A stretch of DNA of 64,000 nucleotides, taken from an uncultured delta proteobacterium. Its GTDB lineage: Bacteria; Myxococcota_A; UBA9160; UBA6930. Below, piece after piece: positions 10,437 to 19,029 of the stretch; positions within the stretch are counted from its first letter, which is position 1; every line of letters begins with the position of its first letter. Where the stretch lies: positions 175,750 to 239,749 of the forward strand of contig CAVQUJ010000006.1 of assembly GCA_963716895.1 (NCBI GenBank). The letters are read 5' to 3'. The notes under the pieces are model-generated. The model ran no database searches. It was not told the DNA's origin and saw nothing but the letters and a program-made list of their open reading frames with translations. The translations under genes and the position numbers were made by a program.

Positions 10437-11240
10437 TTAGCGCAAGTTCCTTCTCTGGGTGGAGCCCAGGACGCGTCGGACGAAGCCCCGCGGGGCGAGC
10501 GCGGTGAGGCCCCCGAGCAGCCGGTTGCCCGCGCCGGGGATGCAGACGGCGTCGCCGCGCGCGAGCGCGACGAGGGACGCCTCGACCACGGCCGCCGGGC
10601 TCATCCACGCGAAGCCGGGGACGAGGCCCGGATCCACGCCCGCGACCTCCTGGAACTCGGTGCGCGTGAAGCCCGGCAGCAGCGCCTGCACCGTCACCCC
10701 GGTGCCGCGCACCTCCTCGTGCACCGACTCGCTGAAGCGCGTGACGAACGCCTTCGTGGCGGAATACGTGGCGGTGAAGGGGCCGGAGCTCTCGCCCGCC
10801 AGCGACGAGACGTTCACGACACCCCCGCGGCCGCGCGCCAGCATGCCCGGGAGCGCGGCACGCGTGAGCCGCACCAGCGCCACCACGTTGAGGCGGATCT
10901 GCTCCAGCTCGCGCTCGGGGTCGAGCTCCGCGAAAGGCCCCATGCTGCCGAAGCCGGCGTTGTTCACGAGCAGGTCCGGCGGATCGGCGGCGATGCTCGC
11001 GACGAGGCGGCCGACCTCGGCGTCCTCGGCGAGGTCCGCTACCTCGACCGAGGTGGCGACGCGATGCCGCTCGGCCAGCTCCTTGGCGAGGGTCTCGAGC
11101 CGGTCGCGCCGGCGGGCCACGAGCACGAGGTCGTGGTGCTTCGCCGCGAGCGCCCGCGCGAACGCCTCGCCGATCCCCGCCGAGGCGCCGGTCACGAGCG
11201 CGCGCGGGCGCCCGCGTCGAGTCGAGGTCTCTTGCGGCAT
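10437..11240 (-). CDS. short-chain dehydrogenase/reductase (classical SDR)
   Basis: 267 aa from ATG 11240: ALVTGASAGIGEAF, NNAGFG, YSATKAF. Confidence 0.85.
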   Translation of the reverse strand: MPQETSTRRGRPRALVTGASAGIGEAFARALAAKHHDLVLVARRRDRLETLAKELAERHRVATSVEVADLAEDAEVGRLVASIAADPPDLLVNNAGFGSMGPFAELDPERELEQIRLNVVALVRLTRAALPGMLARGRGGVVNVSSLAGESSGPFTATYSATKAFVTRFSESVHEEVRGTGVTVQALLPGFTRTEFQEVAGVDPGLVPGFAWMSPAAVVEASLVALARGDAVCIPGAGNRLLGGLTALAPRGFVRRVLGSTQRRNLR

Positions 11241-11282
11241 CGAAGCCCTCCAGACGAAAGACAGCAGGTTACCCTCCGCAAC

Positions 11283-12252
11283 GTGCCCGCACCCTCCTTC
11301 GAAGGCACCCTCGCCGCGCTCGCCCTGCCCCCGCTCCGTCGGGGACGGACGACGACCCTCCAGGTGAACGTCGGCAAGCGCTGCGACCTCGCGTGCCATC
11401 ACTGCCACGTCGAGTCCGGCCCGAAGCGCACCGAGGCGCTCGACGAGAGGCTCGCGCGGCGTGTGCTCGAGGTGCTCGCGCGGAACCCGGCGCTCGACAC
11501 GCTCGACCTCACCGGCGGCGCGCCCGAGCTGAACCCGCACTTCCGCGCGCTCGCTAGCGGCGCGCGCGCGCTCGGCCGCCGCGTGATCGACCGCTGCAAC
11601 CTGACGGTGCTGTTCGAGCCAGGCCAGGAGGAAACGCCAGAGTTCCTCGCGCGCGAGGGCGTGGACGTGGTCGCCTCGCTGCCCTGCTACACCGCGAGCA
11701 ACGTGGACGCGCAGCGCGGCAAGCGCGTCTACGAGCGCAGCCTCGCGGCGCTGCGCCGGCTGAACGCGCTCGGCTACGGCGACGGGGCTGCGGCTCGACC
11801 TCGTCTACAACCCGCTCGGCGCGACGCTGCCGGCGCCGCAGGCGAAGCTCGAGGCCGACTACCGGCGCGAGCTCGGCGCGCTCGGCATCCGCTTCGATCG
11901 CCTCCTCACGATCACGAACATGCCGATCAAGCGCTTCGCGCACGATCTCGCGCGGCGCGGCGAGAGCGAGGCCTATCAGTCGCTGCTCGTGAACCACTTC
12001 AACCCGGCCACGCTGGACGCGCTGATGTGCCGCGACACGCTGTCCGTCGCGTACGACGGCCAGCTCTACGACTGCGACTTCAACCAGGCGCTCGAGCTGC
12101 CGCTCGCCGGGCGGCGCACGACGCTCGACGAGGTGGACGAAGTCGCGGCGCTGGCAGGGCTTCCCGTCGCCACGGCGAGCCATTGCTTCGGCTGCACCGC
12201 GGGCGCGGGCTCGAGTTGCGGCGGGGCGCTGGCCGGCATCGAAGGGGCATGA
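11283..12252 (+). pseudogene. arsS: ArsS-type radical SAM / Cys-rich domain protein (arsenosugar-biosynthesis radical SAM family), one frame break near 11785
   Basis: LQVNVGKRCDLACHHCHV (CxxxCxxC), TGGAPELNPHFR, then after a shift in a G-run: NMPIKRFAHDL...LYDCDFNQALELP...HCFGCTAGAGSSCGGAL C-terminal signature. Start (GTG 11283) is uncertain. Confidence 0.75.
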
Positions 12253-12968
12253 TGGAAACGACCGCGCCGGCGCCGCCGGCCAAGAGCTTCCCGTTCGCCA
12301 GGATCCTCCTCGCCATCGCCGCCGTCGGCGCCCTGCTCGCGCTCGGACGCTACGCGGGCGGCTACATCCCCGCCTTCCAGCGCTGGGTGGAGGGGCTCGG
12401 CGCCCTCGGGCCGCTCGTGTTCATCCTGGGCTACGCCGTCGCGGTCGTCGCGTTCATCCCGGGCAGTGCACTCACGCTCGCCTCGGGCGCGATCTTCGGC
12501 GTCGCGAAGGGCACCGTGCTCGTCTTCGTCGCCGCGATTCTGGGCTCGACCGCTGCCTTCCTGATCGCGCGCCATCTGGCGCGCGGCTCGATCGAGAAGC
12601 GCATCGAGGGCGAGCCGAAGTTCGCCGCGATCGACCGCGCGATCGGAACGGAGGGGCGGAAGATCGTCTTCCTGCTGCGGCTCTCGCCGATCTTCCCGTT
12701 CAATCTGCTGAACTACGGCCTCGGCCTGACGCGCGTGGGGCTCCTCGACTACGTGATCGCGGGCATCGGCATGCTGCCGGGCACGCTGCTCTACGTGTAT
12801 CTCGGCAGCGCGGCCGGTCAGGCCGTCGCCGCCGCGGGCGGCGCCGCGCCGGGCCGCAGCCCGGCCCAGTGGGCGCTGTTCGGCGTCGGGCTCGCCGCCA
12901 CCATCGCCGTCACGCTGTTCGTGACGCGCATCGCCCGCCGCGCGCTGCGCGACGCCACCGGTGAGTGA
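12249..12968 (+). CDS. TVP38/TMEM64 family (DedA-superfamily) inner-membrane protein
   Basis: Intact. Multiple TM helices, with FIPGSALTLASGAIFG and RLSPIFPFNLLNYGLGLT motifs typical of the family. Start overlaps the arsS stop (ATGATGA). Confidence 0.75.
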   Translation: MMETTAPAPPAKSFPFARILLAIAAVGALLALGRYAGGYIPAFQRWVEGLGALGPLVFILGYAVAVVAFIPGSALTLASGAIFGVAKGTVLVFVAAILGSTAAFLIARHLARGSIEKRIEGEPKFAAIDRAIGTEGRKIVFLLRLSPIFPFNLLNYGLGLTRVGLLDYVIAGIGMLPGTLLYVYLGSAAGQAVAAAGGAAPGRSPAQWALFGVGLAATIAVTLFVTRIARRALRDATGE

Positions 12969-14488
12969 AGGAGCACGCCGTGCCCCATCCCGTGCAGGTC
13001 CTGCCGCTCGATGCGCACAACGCCGCGCTGGTCGCGAATGTGCATCCGCCGGACTGGAAGAACCCGACGCCCGACGGGCGCTACAACCTGGTCGTGATCG
13101 GCGCCGGCACCGCCGGCCTGATCACCTCGCTCGTGGCCGCGAGCCTCGGCGCCAAGGTCGCGCTGATCGAGCGACACCTGATGGGCGGCGACTGCCTCAA
13201 CGTCGGCTGCGTGCCCTCGAAGGCGGTGATCCGCGCGGCGCAGCTCGCGCACGACGCGCGCAGCGAGCGCGCGCCGGACTTCGGCGCCGCCATGGAGCGG
13301 ATGCGCGAGATCCGCGCGCGCATCAGCCACGACGATTCGGCGAAACGCTATCGGGAGGAATTCGGCGTCGAGATCTACTTCGGCGACGCGCGCTTCACCG
13401 GGCCGGCCACGGTGGACGTGGACGGCACGACGCTCGAGTTCGCGAAGGCCGTCGTCGCGACCGGCGCGCGGGCCACCGCGCCGCCGATCCCGGGGCTCGC
13501 GGAGGCCGGCTATCTCGACAACGAGACGGTGTTCACGCTCACCGAGCGTCCGCGGCGGCTGGCGCTGATCGGCGCCGGCCCGATCGGCTGCGAGCTGGCG
13601 CAGGCGTTCCGCCGGCTCGGCTCCGAGGTGACCGTCCTCGAAATGGCGCCGCAGATCCTCACGCGCGAAGACCCGGATGCCGCCGCGATCGTGCAGGCGG
13701 CGTTCGGGCGCGAGGGCATCGAGCTCGTGCTCGGCTGCATGCTCCAGCGCGTGGAGCTGCGCGGCGCCGAGAAGGTCGTCCACCTGTCGTGCCCGAAGGC
13801 CGGTGCGCGCGCGCTCGCCTTCGACGAGATCCTCGTCGGCGCGGGTCGTGCGCCGAACGTCGAGGGCATGGGGCTCGAGACGGTGGGCGTGAAGTTCGAC
13901 GTGCGCGCAGGCATCGAGGTGGACGACTTCCTCCGCACCACGAACCCCCGGATCTACGCCGCGGGCGACTGCGCCATGGCCTGGAAGTTCACGCACGCCG
14001 CCGACGCGGCCGCGAAGATCGTGGTGCAGAACGCGCTGTTCTCGTTCGGGCCGATCGGGAAGAAGCGGCTCTCGCAGCTCGCGATGCCGTGGTGCACGTA
14101 CACCGATCCCGAGATCGCGCACGTCGGCTTGTACGAGCACGACGCGAAGGCGCGCGGCATCGAGCTCGACACCTATGAGGTGCCGATCGAACGCGCAAAC
14201 CGCGCCGTCACGGACGGCCAGGAGGAAGGGCTCGTCAAGATCCACGTGAAGAAGGGCACTGCCGAGATCGTCGGCGCCACCGTGGTGGCCGCGCACGCGG
14301 GCGAGCTGATCACGCAGCTCACGCTCGCGATCACGCAGAAGATCCCGCTCGGCGCCTTCACCGGCGTGATCTATCCGTACCCGACGCAGGGCGAAGCGAT
14401 CAAGGCGGCGGCCGGCCTCTACACCCGCACGCGCCTCACGCCCACGGTGAAGCGCCTGTTCACCGGCCTGATGAAGCTGCGGCGCTAG
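12965..14488 (+). CDS. pyridine nucleotide-disulfide oxidoreductase, mercuric-reductase-like / dihydrolipoamide-dehydrogenase family
   Basis: Intact 507 aa. VVIGAGTAGL, redox disulfide GGDCLNVGCVPSK, second Rossmann LIGAGPIGCELA, C-terminal HAGEL. No HMA domain and no C-terminal Cys pair, so not a canonical MerA. GTG 12965 overlaps the upstream stop (GTGA). Alternative GTG 12980 follows GAAGGAG. Confidence 0.8.
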   Translation: MKEHAVPHPVQVLPLDAHNAALVANVHPPDWKNPTPDGRYNLVVIGAGTAGLITSLVAASLGAKVALIERHLMGGDCLNVGCVPSKAVIRAAQLAHDARSERAPDFGAAMERMREIRARISHDDSAKRYREEFGVEIYFGDARFTGPATVDVDGTTLEFAKAVVATGARATAPPIPGLAEAGYLDNETVFTLTERPRRLALIGAGPIGCELAQAFRRLGSEVTVLEMAPQILTREDPDAAAIVQAAFGREGIELVLGCMLQRVELRGAEKVVHLSCPKAGARALAFDEILVGAGRAPNVEGMGLETVGVKFDVRAGIEVDDFLRTTNPRIYAAGDCAMAWKFTHAADAAAKIVVQNALFSFGPIGKKRLSQLAMPWCTYTDPEIAHVGLYEHDAKARGIELDTYEVPIERANRAVTDGQEEGLVKIHVKKGTAEIVGATVVAAHAGELITQLTLAITQKIPLGAFTGVIYPYPTQGEAIKAAAGLYTRTRLTPTVKRLFTGLMKLRR

Positions 14489-14489
14489 C

Positions 14490-14828
14490 GTGGTCCTGCT
14501 GCACAACCCGCGTTGCTCGAAGTCGCGGGCGGCGAAGGCGCTGCTCGAAGAGCGGGGCGCGGCCTTCCAGTTGCGCCTCTATCTCGAGGATCCGCTCTCG
14601 CGGGCCGAGCTCGCGGAGCTGCGCCGCCGGCTCGAGCGGCCGGCGCGCGAGTGGGTGCGGCGCGGCGAGCCGGCCTTCGCCGCGGCTGGGCTCGACGCCG
14701 CGAGCGACGACCGCGCCGTCCTCGACGCGATCGCGAAGCATCCCGAGCTGCTCGAGCGGCCGATCCTCGTGCGTGGCGAACGCGCCGTGGTGGGGCGGCC
14801 GCCCGAGCAGATCCTCGAGCTGCTCTAG
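14490..14828 (+). CDS. arsC: ArsC-family protein (glutaredoxin-type arsenate reductase / YffB-like)
   Basis: Intact 112 aa. N-terminal LLHNPRCSKSR (HNPxCxxSR catalytic-Cys motif) and C-terminal LLERPILV. Confidence 0.75.
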   Translation: MVLLHNPRCSKSRAAKALLEERGAAFQLRLYLEDPLSRAELAELRRRLERPAREWVRRGEPAFAAAGLDAASDDRAVLDAIAKHPELLERPILVRGERAVVGRPPEQILELL

Positions 14829-15547
14829 TCGCTCTTCTCGTCGACGCCGTTATTGATCTCCACCAACGGCAGGTCGTTGTCCGAGACGAGGCCGACGCCG
14901 GGGCAGTACTGCTTGGTGCCCTCCGAGCCCGGCTCGAGCGGCGACGTCTCCGTGACCTCGATGCAGTCGTGGAACGAGCCGGCGTCGGTCTCGATGTCGA
15001 GGCCCTCGGCGACGTGCTCTGCGCGGTCCTGCGCGACGCCGGGTGCGACCTCCTGCGCGTAGCGCGAGCCGAGCAGCACCCGGCCCGGCATGACGATCCC
15101 TGGGCGCGCGCCGTTCCGGCCGGCCAGCCAGGCGCCGTCGTGGCTCACGAGCTGGCCATTCTCATAGATGTCGACGTCTTCGCCGAAGTAGAACACGTCG
15201 TTGGTCTTCTCGCAGAGCGCGAAGAAGTTCCGCGAGATCTCCTCGAGCTCGCCGTCGACGAGCTCGCGCTCCTCCACGACGGCCGCCCTCACCGTGCGGG
15301 GCCGCCCGCCGATCGGGAGCGTGATACGCCGGGTCTGGTCGAGCACCGTGATGAAGAGGGTGGTCTCTTCGTCCTCGAAGACGAGCTGCCGGCCTGGCTG
15401 GAGGCGGATGAAGTACGGGTTCTCGCCCGTGGCGAGGAAGCGGCAGTCCTTCAGGCGAAAGTTCTCCGAAAATTCCTCTTGCGCCTGTGCTGCCAGCGGG
15501 AGGAGGAGAAGAGCCCCGAGTCCGAGTCTGGCTATGGTCCGTGTCAT
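14825..15547 (-). CDS. exported hypothetical protein (signal peptide)
   Basis: 240 aa from ATG 15547: MTRTIARLGLGALLLLPLAAQAQ signal peptide, then an acidic soluble domain. Stop shares CTAG 14825-14828 with arsC. Confidence 0.65.
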   Translation of the reverse strand: MTRTIARLGLGALLLLPLAAQAQEEFSENFRLKDCRFLATGENPYFIRLQPGRQLVFEDEETTLFITVLDQTRRITLPIGGRPRTVRAAVVEERELVDGELEEISRNFFALCEKTNDVFYFGEDVDIYENGQLVSHDGAWLAGRNGARPGIVMPGRVLLGSRYAQEVAPGVAQDRAEHVAEGLDIETDAGSFHDCIEVTETSPLEPGSEGTKQYCPGVGLVSDNDLPLVEINNGVDEKSD

Positions 15548-15709
15548 GTGCGTCTTCCTTGTCGAAGGAGCCGGCCCCGTGGCACGCGCCGCGACAGCCG
15601 CGCTCCGAGCTGCCTGCGATCCTGTCGGGACCGGCGCGGATCGACATCGGCGGACCCGCCTAGGCGCGCGCGCTCTCTCTGCCACGTTCGTGGGACGCGG
15701 GGGCGCGCC

Positions 15710-16262
15710 GTGCTGAACGAGCGCTCCATCCGTCTCCGCTTCGCGGCTCTCGCGGTCGGCGCTTTCGTCCTGCTGATGACGCTCGAGGTGTGGACGGACG
15801 AGGACGCGTTCTCGCTCGGCGACTTCCTCGCCGACGCTCTTCAGCTCGCCCTGCTCGTGGCGTCCGCCGCGGGCGTCTCGCTCCTGGCGGGCCGCTTCCA
15901 GCAGGAGCGCGACGAGAAGGAGGCTCTGATGCGCGACCTCGAGCTCGCGCGCGCCGAAGGCCAGGCCTGGCGCGACAGCGCGCAGAGCTACGTGTCGGGG
16001 CTCGGCGAGGCGATCGAGAAGCAGTTCGAGAAGTGGCAGCTCACGAGCGCCGAGCGGGAGGTGGGCCTGCTCATGCTGAAGGGCTTCTCCCATCGCGAGG
16101 TCGGCGAGCCTGCGCGGCACCACGGAGGCGACGGTCCGGCACCAGGCGCAGGCCGTCTACCAGAAGTCGGGCCTGCCCGGGCGGAGCGCGTTCTGCGCCT
16201 ATTTCCTCGAGGACCTGCTCCCGGCCCGGGGTCACGACGTCGGCGGAGGCCGGGAGGGCTGA
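15710..16262 (+). pseudogene. membrane-anchored LuxR-family (HTH) transcriptional regulator, one frame break near 16105
   Basis: GTG 15710. Two TM helices (FAALAVGAFVLLMTLEVW, ALQLALLVASAAGVSLLAG), a coiled-coil linker, then LuxR HTH LTSAEREVGLLMLKGFSHRE..LRGTTEATVRHQAQAVYQKSGL. The second half is in the next frame. Confidence 0.65.
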
Positions 16263-17712
16263 GACTCCTGCGCGGTGTCGTGTGGCTCCTCGTGCTCTCG
16301 TTGGGACTCGCCGGCGCGGCCGGCGCGGACGAGGACGAGGCGCTTCGGGATCACCTCACCGAGCGCGAGGACAAGCGGCGCCCGCCCGAGCCCTTCACGA
16401 TCGACGTCTTCGGGCACCCGCTCACGCTCGGCGGCGAGTACGAGTTCGAGCTGAACTACGTGCGGCAGCGGGTGTGGAGGGCGACGACGGCGCCGGACCG
16501 GCTGCTGCTCGAGCACGGGCTCGAGCTGGAGGCGTTCTACACCCTCGGCGCGCCGCTCTCGTTGTTCGCGCAGGTCCAGCTGGAGCAGGAGGAGGATCTG
16601 CTCTCGAAGGCACCCTCGACGACGTCTCGGACTACTTCGTCGAGCGCGAGGAGATGTGGCTCTACAGCGAGAACATCGTCGGCTCTCACGTGAACTTCGA
16701 CATCGGCCGCCTCGACTTCGAGGACGACCGGCGCTGGTGGTGGGACGCCAATCTCGACGCCGTGCGCGTCGCCTACGAGCGGGAGACCTTCGAGATCACG
16801 CTCGCGCTCGCGCAGGAGCTCGCCTCGGACCGCACCGACCAGAGCTTCGTCGAGCCCGAGCACGAGAACGTGCTGCGCGTGATCGGAGAGGCATCGTGGG
16901 ACTGTCGGGCCGAACCACTCGCTCCAGGCGTTCTTCCTGTCACCAGGACGACCACTCGGGCCGCGAGCAGGTCGGGCGAGCAGGTGTCGGTCGACCGTGG
17001 AGGACGATTCGGATGCGCGCCTCACCTGGGTGGGCGCGCGCGGGATCGGCATCTTCACGCTCGGCGCGTCCGGGTTCCTCGGCTACTGGCTCGATGCGGC
17101 CTTGGTTCGCGGCACGGAGCGCTTCGCACAGCTCGGGGAGCCGTCCGGGCGAGAAGGTGACCGTCGAGGAGGTCACGCGCCGCGACGTGAACGGCTGGGG
17201 CGTCGACGCGGGGCTGAGCTGGCTGCTGCCGCTCGCCTACGAGCCCCGGCTCTTCGCCGGCTACGCGTACGGCTCGGGCGACTCCGATCCCGACTCGGGC
17301 GACGACCACTCTTTCCGCCAGACGGGTATCGAGGTCAACGAGGCCGGCTTCGGCGGCGTCGAGCGCTTCGACCACTATGGCTTCCTGCTCGAGCCCGAGC
17401 TCTCGAACCTCGGGATCGTCACCGTCGGCGCCGGTCTCTCGCTGCTTTCGCTCGAGCTCGCTCGACCTCGTCTACCACCACTACCGCCAGGTTCACCCCG
17501 CGGACTCCTTGCAGGGTTCGCGGCTGGAGTTCGAGCTCACCGGCGAGAGCCGTGAAGTCGGCAACGAGCTCGACCTCGTGCTGGCGCTCGAGGAGTGGAA
17601 GCGTTTCGAGCTCGAATTCGTGGTCTCGGGCCTGCGGGCGGGCCCAGCGTTCGCGGAGGGCGCCGGCACCTGGTGCTACGGCGGGCTCTTCGCGGTGCGC
17701 TTCGCCTTCTGA
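16259..17712 (+). pseudogene. outer-membrane beta-barrel porin, alginate-export-family-like, at least 4 frame breaks
   Basis: Signal peptide (L)RLLRGVVWLLVLSLGLAGAAGA from CTG 16259. GRLDFEDDRRWWWDANLDAVRV, FRQTGIEVNEAGFGGVERFDHYGFLLEPELSNLGIV, C-terminal GGLFAVRFAF. Segments lie in ORFs 14513-, 15790-, 16997-, 16656- and 17377-17712. Confidence 0.5.
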
Positions 17713-17738
17713 GCGAGCTGTCGTGACTCCGTTCGCCT

Positions 17739-17761
17739 CACGCGAGGCAAAGCCTCGCGTG
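17739..17761. terminator. perfect 10-bp GC-rich hairpin between convergent genes
   Basis: CACGCGAGGC-AAA-GCCTCGCGTG, 27 nt after the porin stop (17710-17712). No U-tract, so the function is inferred from position only. Confidence 0.45.
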
Positions 17762-17773
17762 GGCTCACTGCGC

Positions 17774-17790
17774 GCGGCGGCAGCCGCCGC
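17774..17790. terminator. second short GC hairpin next to the hydrolase stop
   Basis: GCGGCGGC-A-GCCGCCGC inverted repeat, 6 nt from the stop at 17796-17798. Confidence 0.3.
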
Positions 17791-17795
17791 TTGCA

Positions 17796-19022
17796 CTAGG
17801 CGCGCCGCGCCTCGTGCTCCGCGCGGACGTGCTCGAGGAACGCCGTCACCGCGCGCACGGCGTGAGCGGAGCGCGGCGAGTGGAAGGTGTCGAAGGCGTG
17901 CTGCCCGCCCGCAAGCTCCAGAGTCAGGACGGGCTGGCGCGACTTCTCGCCGAGCGCGCGCGCGAAGGCGCGCATCTCGTCGAGCCACACCAGCGAGTCG
18001 TGTGTGCCGTGCACGAGCAGGAACGGCGGCGCCTCGGGCGAGACGTGCGAGATCGGCGACGCAGCCTCCCACAGCTCGCGGTTCTCTTCGGGCGTGCACT
18101 TCAGCACCTGCTTCGCGAGGAACGGCTCCATCTTCTGCGAGCCGCGGATCCCGAAGCGGTCGAGGAAGTCGTAGACGCCGTAGAACGGGACAGCGGCGGC
18201 GAGCCGCGTGTCCACCGACTCGAAGCCCGGCTGGAAGCGCGGATCGTTCGCCGAGACCGCCGCGAGCGCCGTCAGGTGCCCGCCCGCCGAGCCGCCCGTC
18301 ACGCAGATGAAGTCGGGGTCGGCGCCGTACTCGGCCGCGTGCTCGCGGATCCAGCGGATCGCGCGCTTCACGTCGACGATGTGGTCGGGGAAGGTCGCCC
18401 GCGGCGAGAGCCGGTAGTTGATCGCGAAGCACACCCAGCCGCGGCTCGCGAGGTGCGACATCAGCGGCTGGCCCTGCTCGCGCTTGTCGCCGATCACCCA
18501 CGCGCCGCCGTGGATCTGGAGTAGCACCGGGCGGCGCTCGCCCGGCGTGGTCGGGCGAACCACGTCGAGCAGATTGCGGCGCCCCTTGTCGCCCGGCAGC
18601 ACTTCGCCGTAGGGAATGTCCCGGAGCTTCTCGACGCCCTCCCGCCGCATGCGGAAGGGGCGGCGGAGCCCGTGCAGGGGCGAGACGTCGGACTCGGCCG
18701 CGAGGGAGAGCGGCGTGAGCGCGCCCCGCACCTCGTGCCCCGCATGGACGCCGCGCAGATGGCTCGCGAGCAGCAGTCCCCAGCTCACGAACGTGAGTGC
18801 GAGGCCGGCGACGCCGGGCGCGCTCTCGAAGGCGCCGGCCACCGCGAAGCCGAGCGTGGCGAGCGCCTGCCAGGCCAGGTGCTGGAGCGCGAGCTCGCCG
18901 GTGAGCCAGCCGCTCATCATGTAGACCATCACGAAGGCGCCGAGCCGGCGCGCCGGCAGCCACGCGCTCGCGGAGAACAGCAGACCGAGCGTGGCGACGC
19001 CGAGGAAGATCCACCCGGCCAC
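17796..19022 (-). CDS. alpha/beta hydrolase (esterase/lipase, Abhydrolase_3-like) with N-terminal membrane domain
   Basis: Intact 408 aa. About 4 TM helices, then oxyanion LLQIHGGAWVIG (HGG), nucleophile elbow VTGGSAGGHL (GxSxG), late HGTHD. Confidence 0.8.
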   Translation of the reverse strand: MAGWIFLGVATLGLLFSASAWLPARRLGAFVMVYMMSGWLTGELALQHLAWQALATLGFAVAGAFESAPGVAGLALTFVSWGLLLASHLRGVHAGHEVRGALTPLSLAAESDVSPLHGLRRPFRMRREGVEKLRDIPYGEVLPGDKGRRNLLDVVRPTTPGERRPVLLQIHGGAWVIGDKREQGQPLMSHLASRGWVCFAINYRLSPRATFPDHIVDVKRAIRWIREHAAEYGADPDFICVTGGSAGGHLTALAAVSANDPRFQPGFESVDTRLAAAVPFYGVYDFLDRFGIRGSQKMEPFLAKQVLKCTPEENRELWEAASPISHVSPEAPPFLLVHGTHDSLVWLDEMRAFARALGEKSRQPVLTLELAGGQHAFDTFHSPRSAHAVRAVTAFLEHVRAEHEARRA

Positions 19023-19029
19023 GGTCGAC

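Noticed and set aside
12190-12252. Possible selenocysteine (in-frame TGA) in the Cys-rich C-terminus of ArsS
   Set aside because: The motif reads HCFGCTAGAGSSCGG with Cys codons throughout. The only TGA is the terminal stop overlapping the next start, and I saw no SECIS-like hairpin. This is the Cys version.
15580-15595. Sigma-54-like TGGCAC upstream of the LuxR gene
   Set aside because: The element 5 nt downstream reads GCGAC instead of the TTGC(A/T) -12 box, and no enhancer-binding protein gene is nearby. It is probably a chance match in GC-rich DNA.
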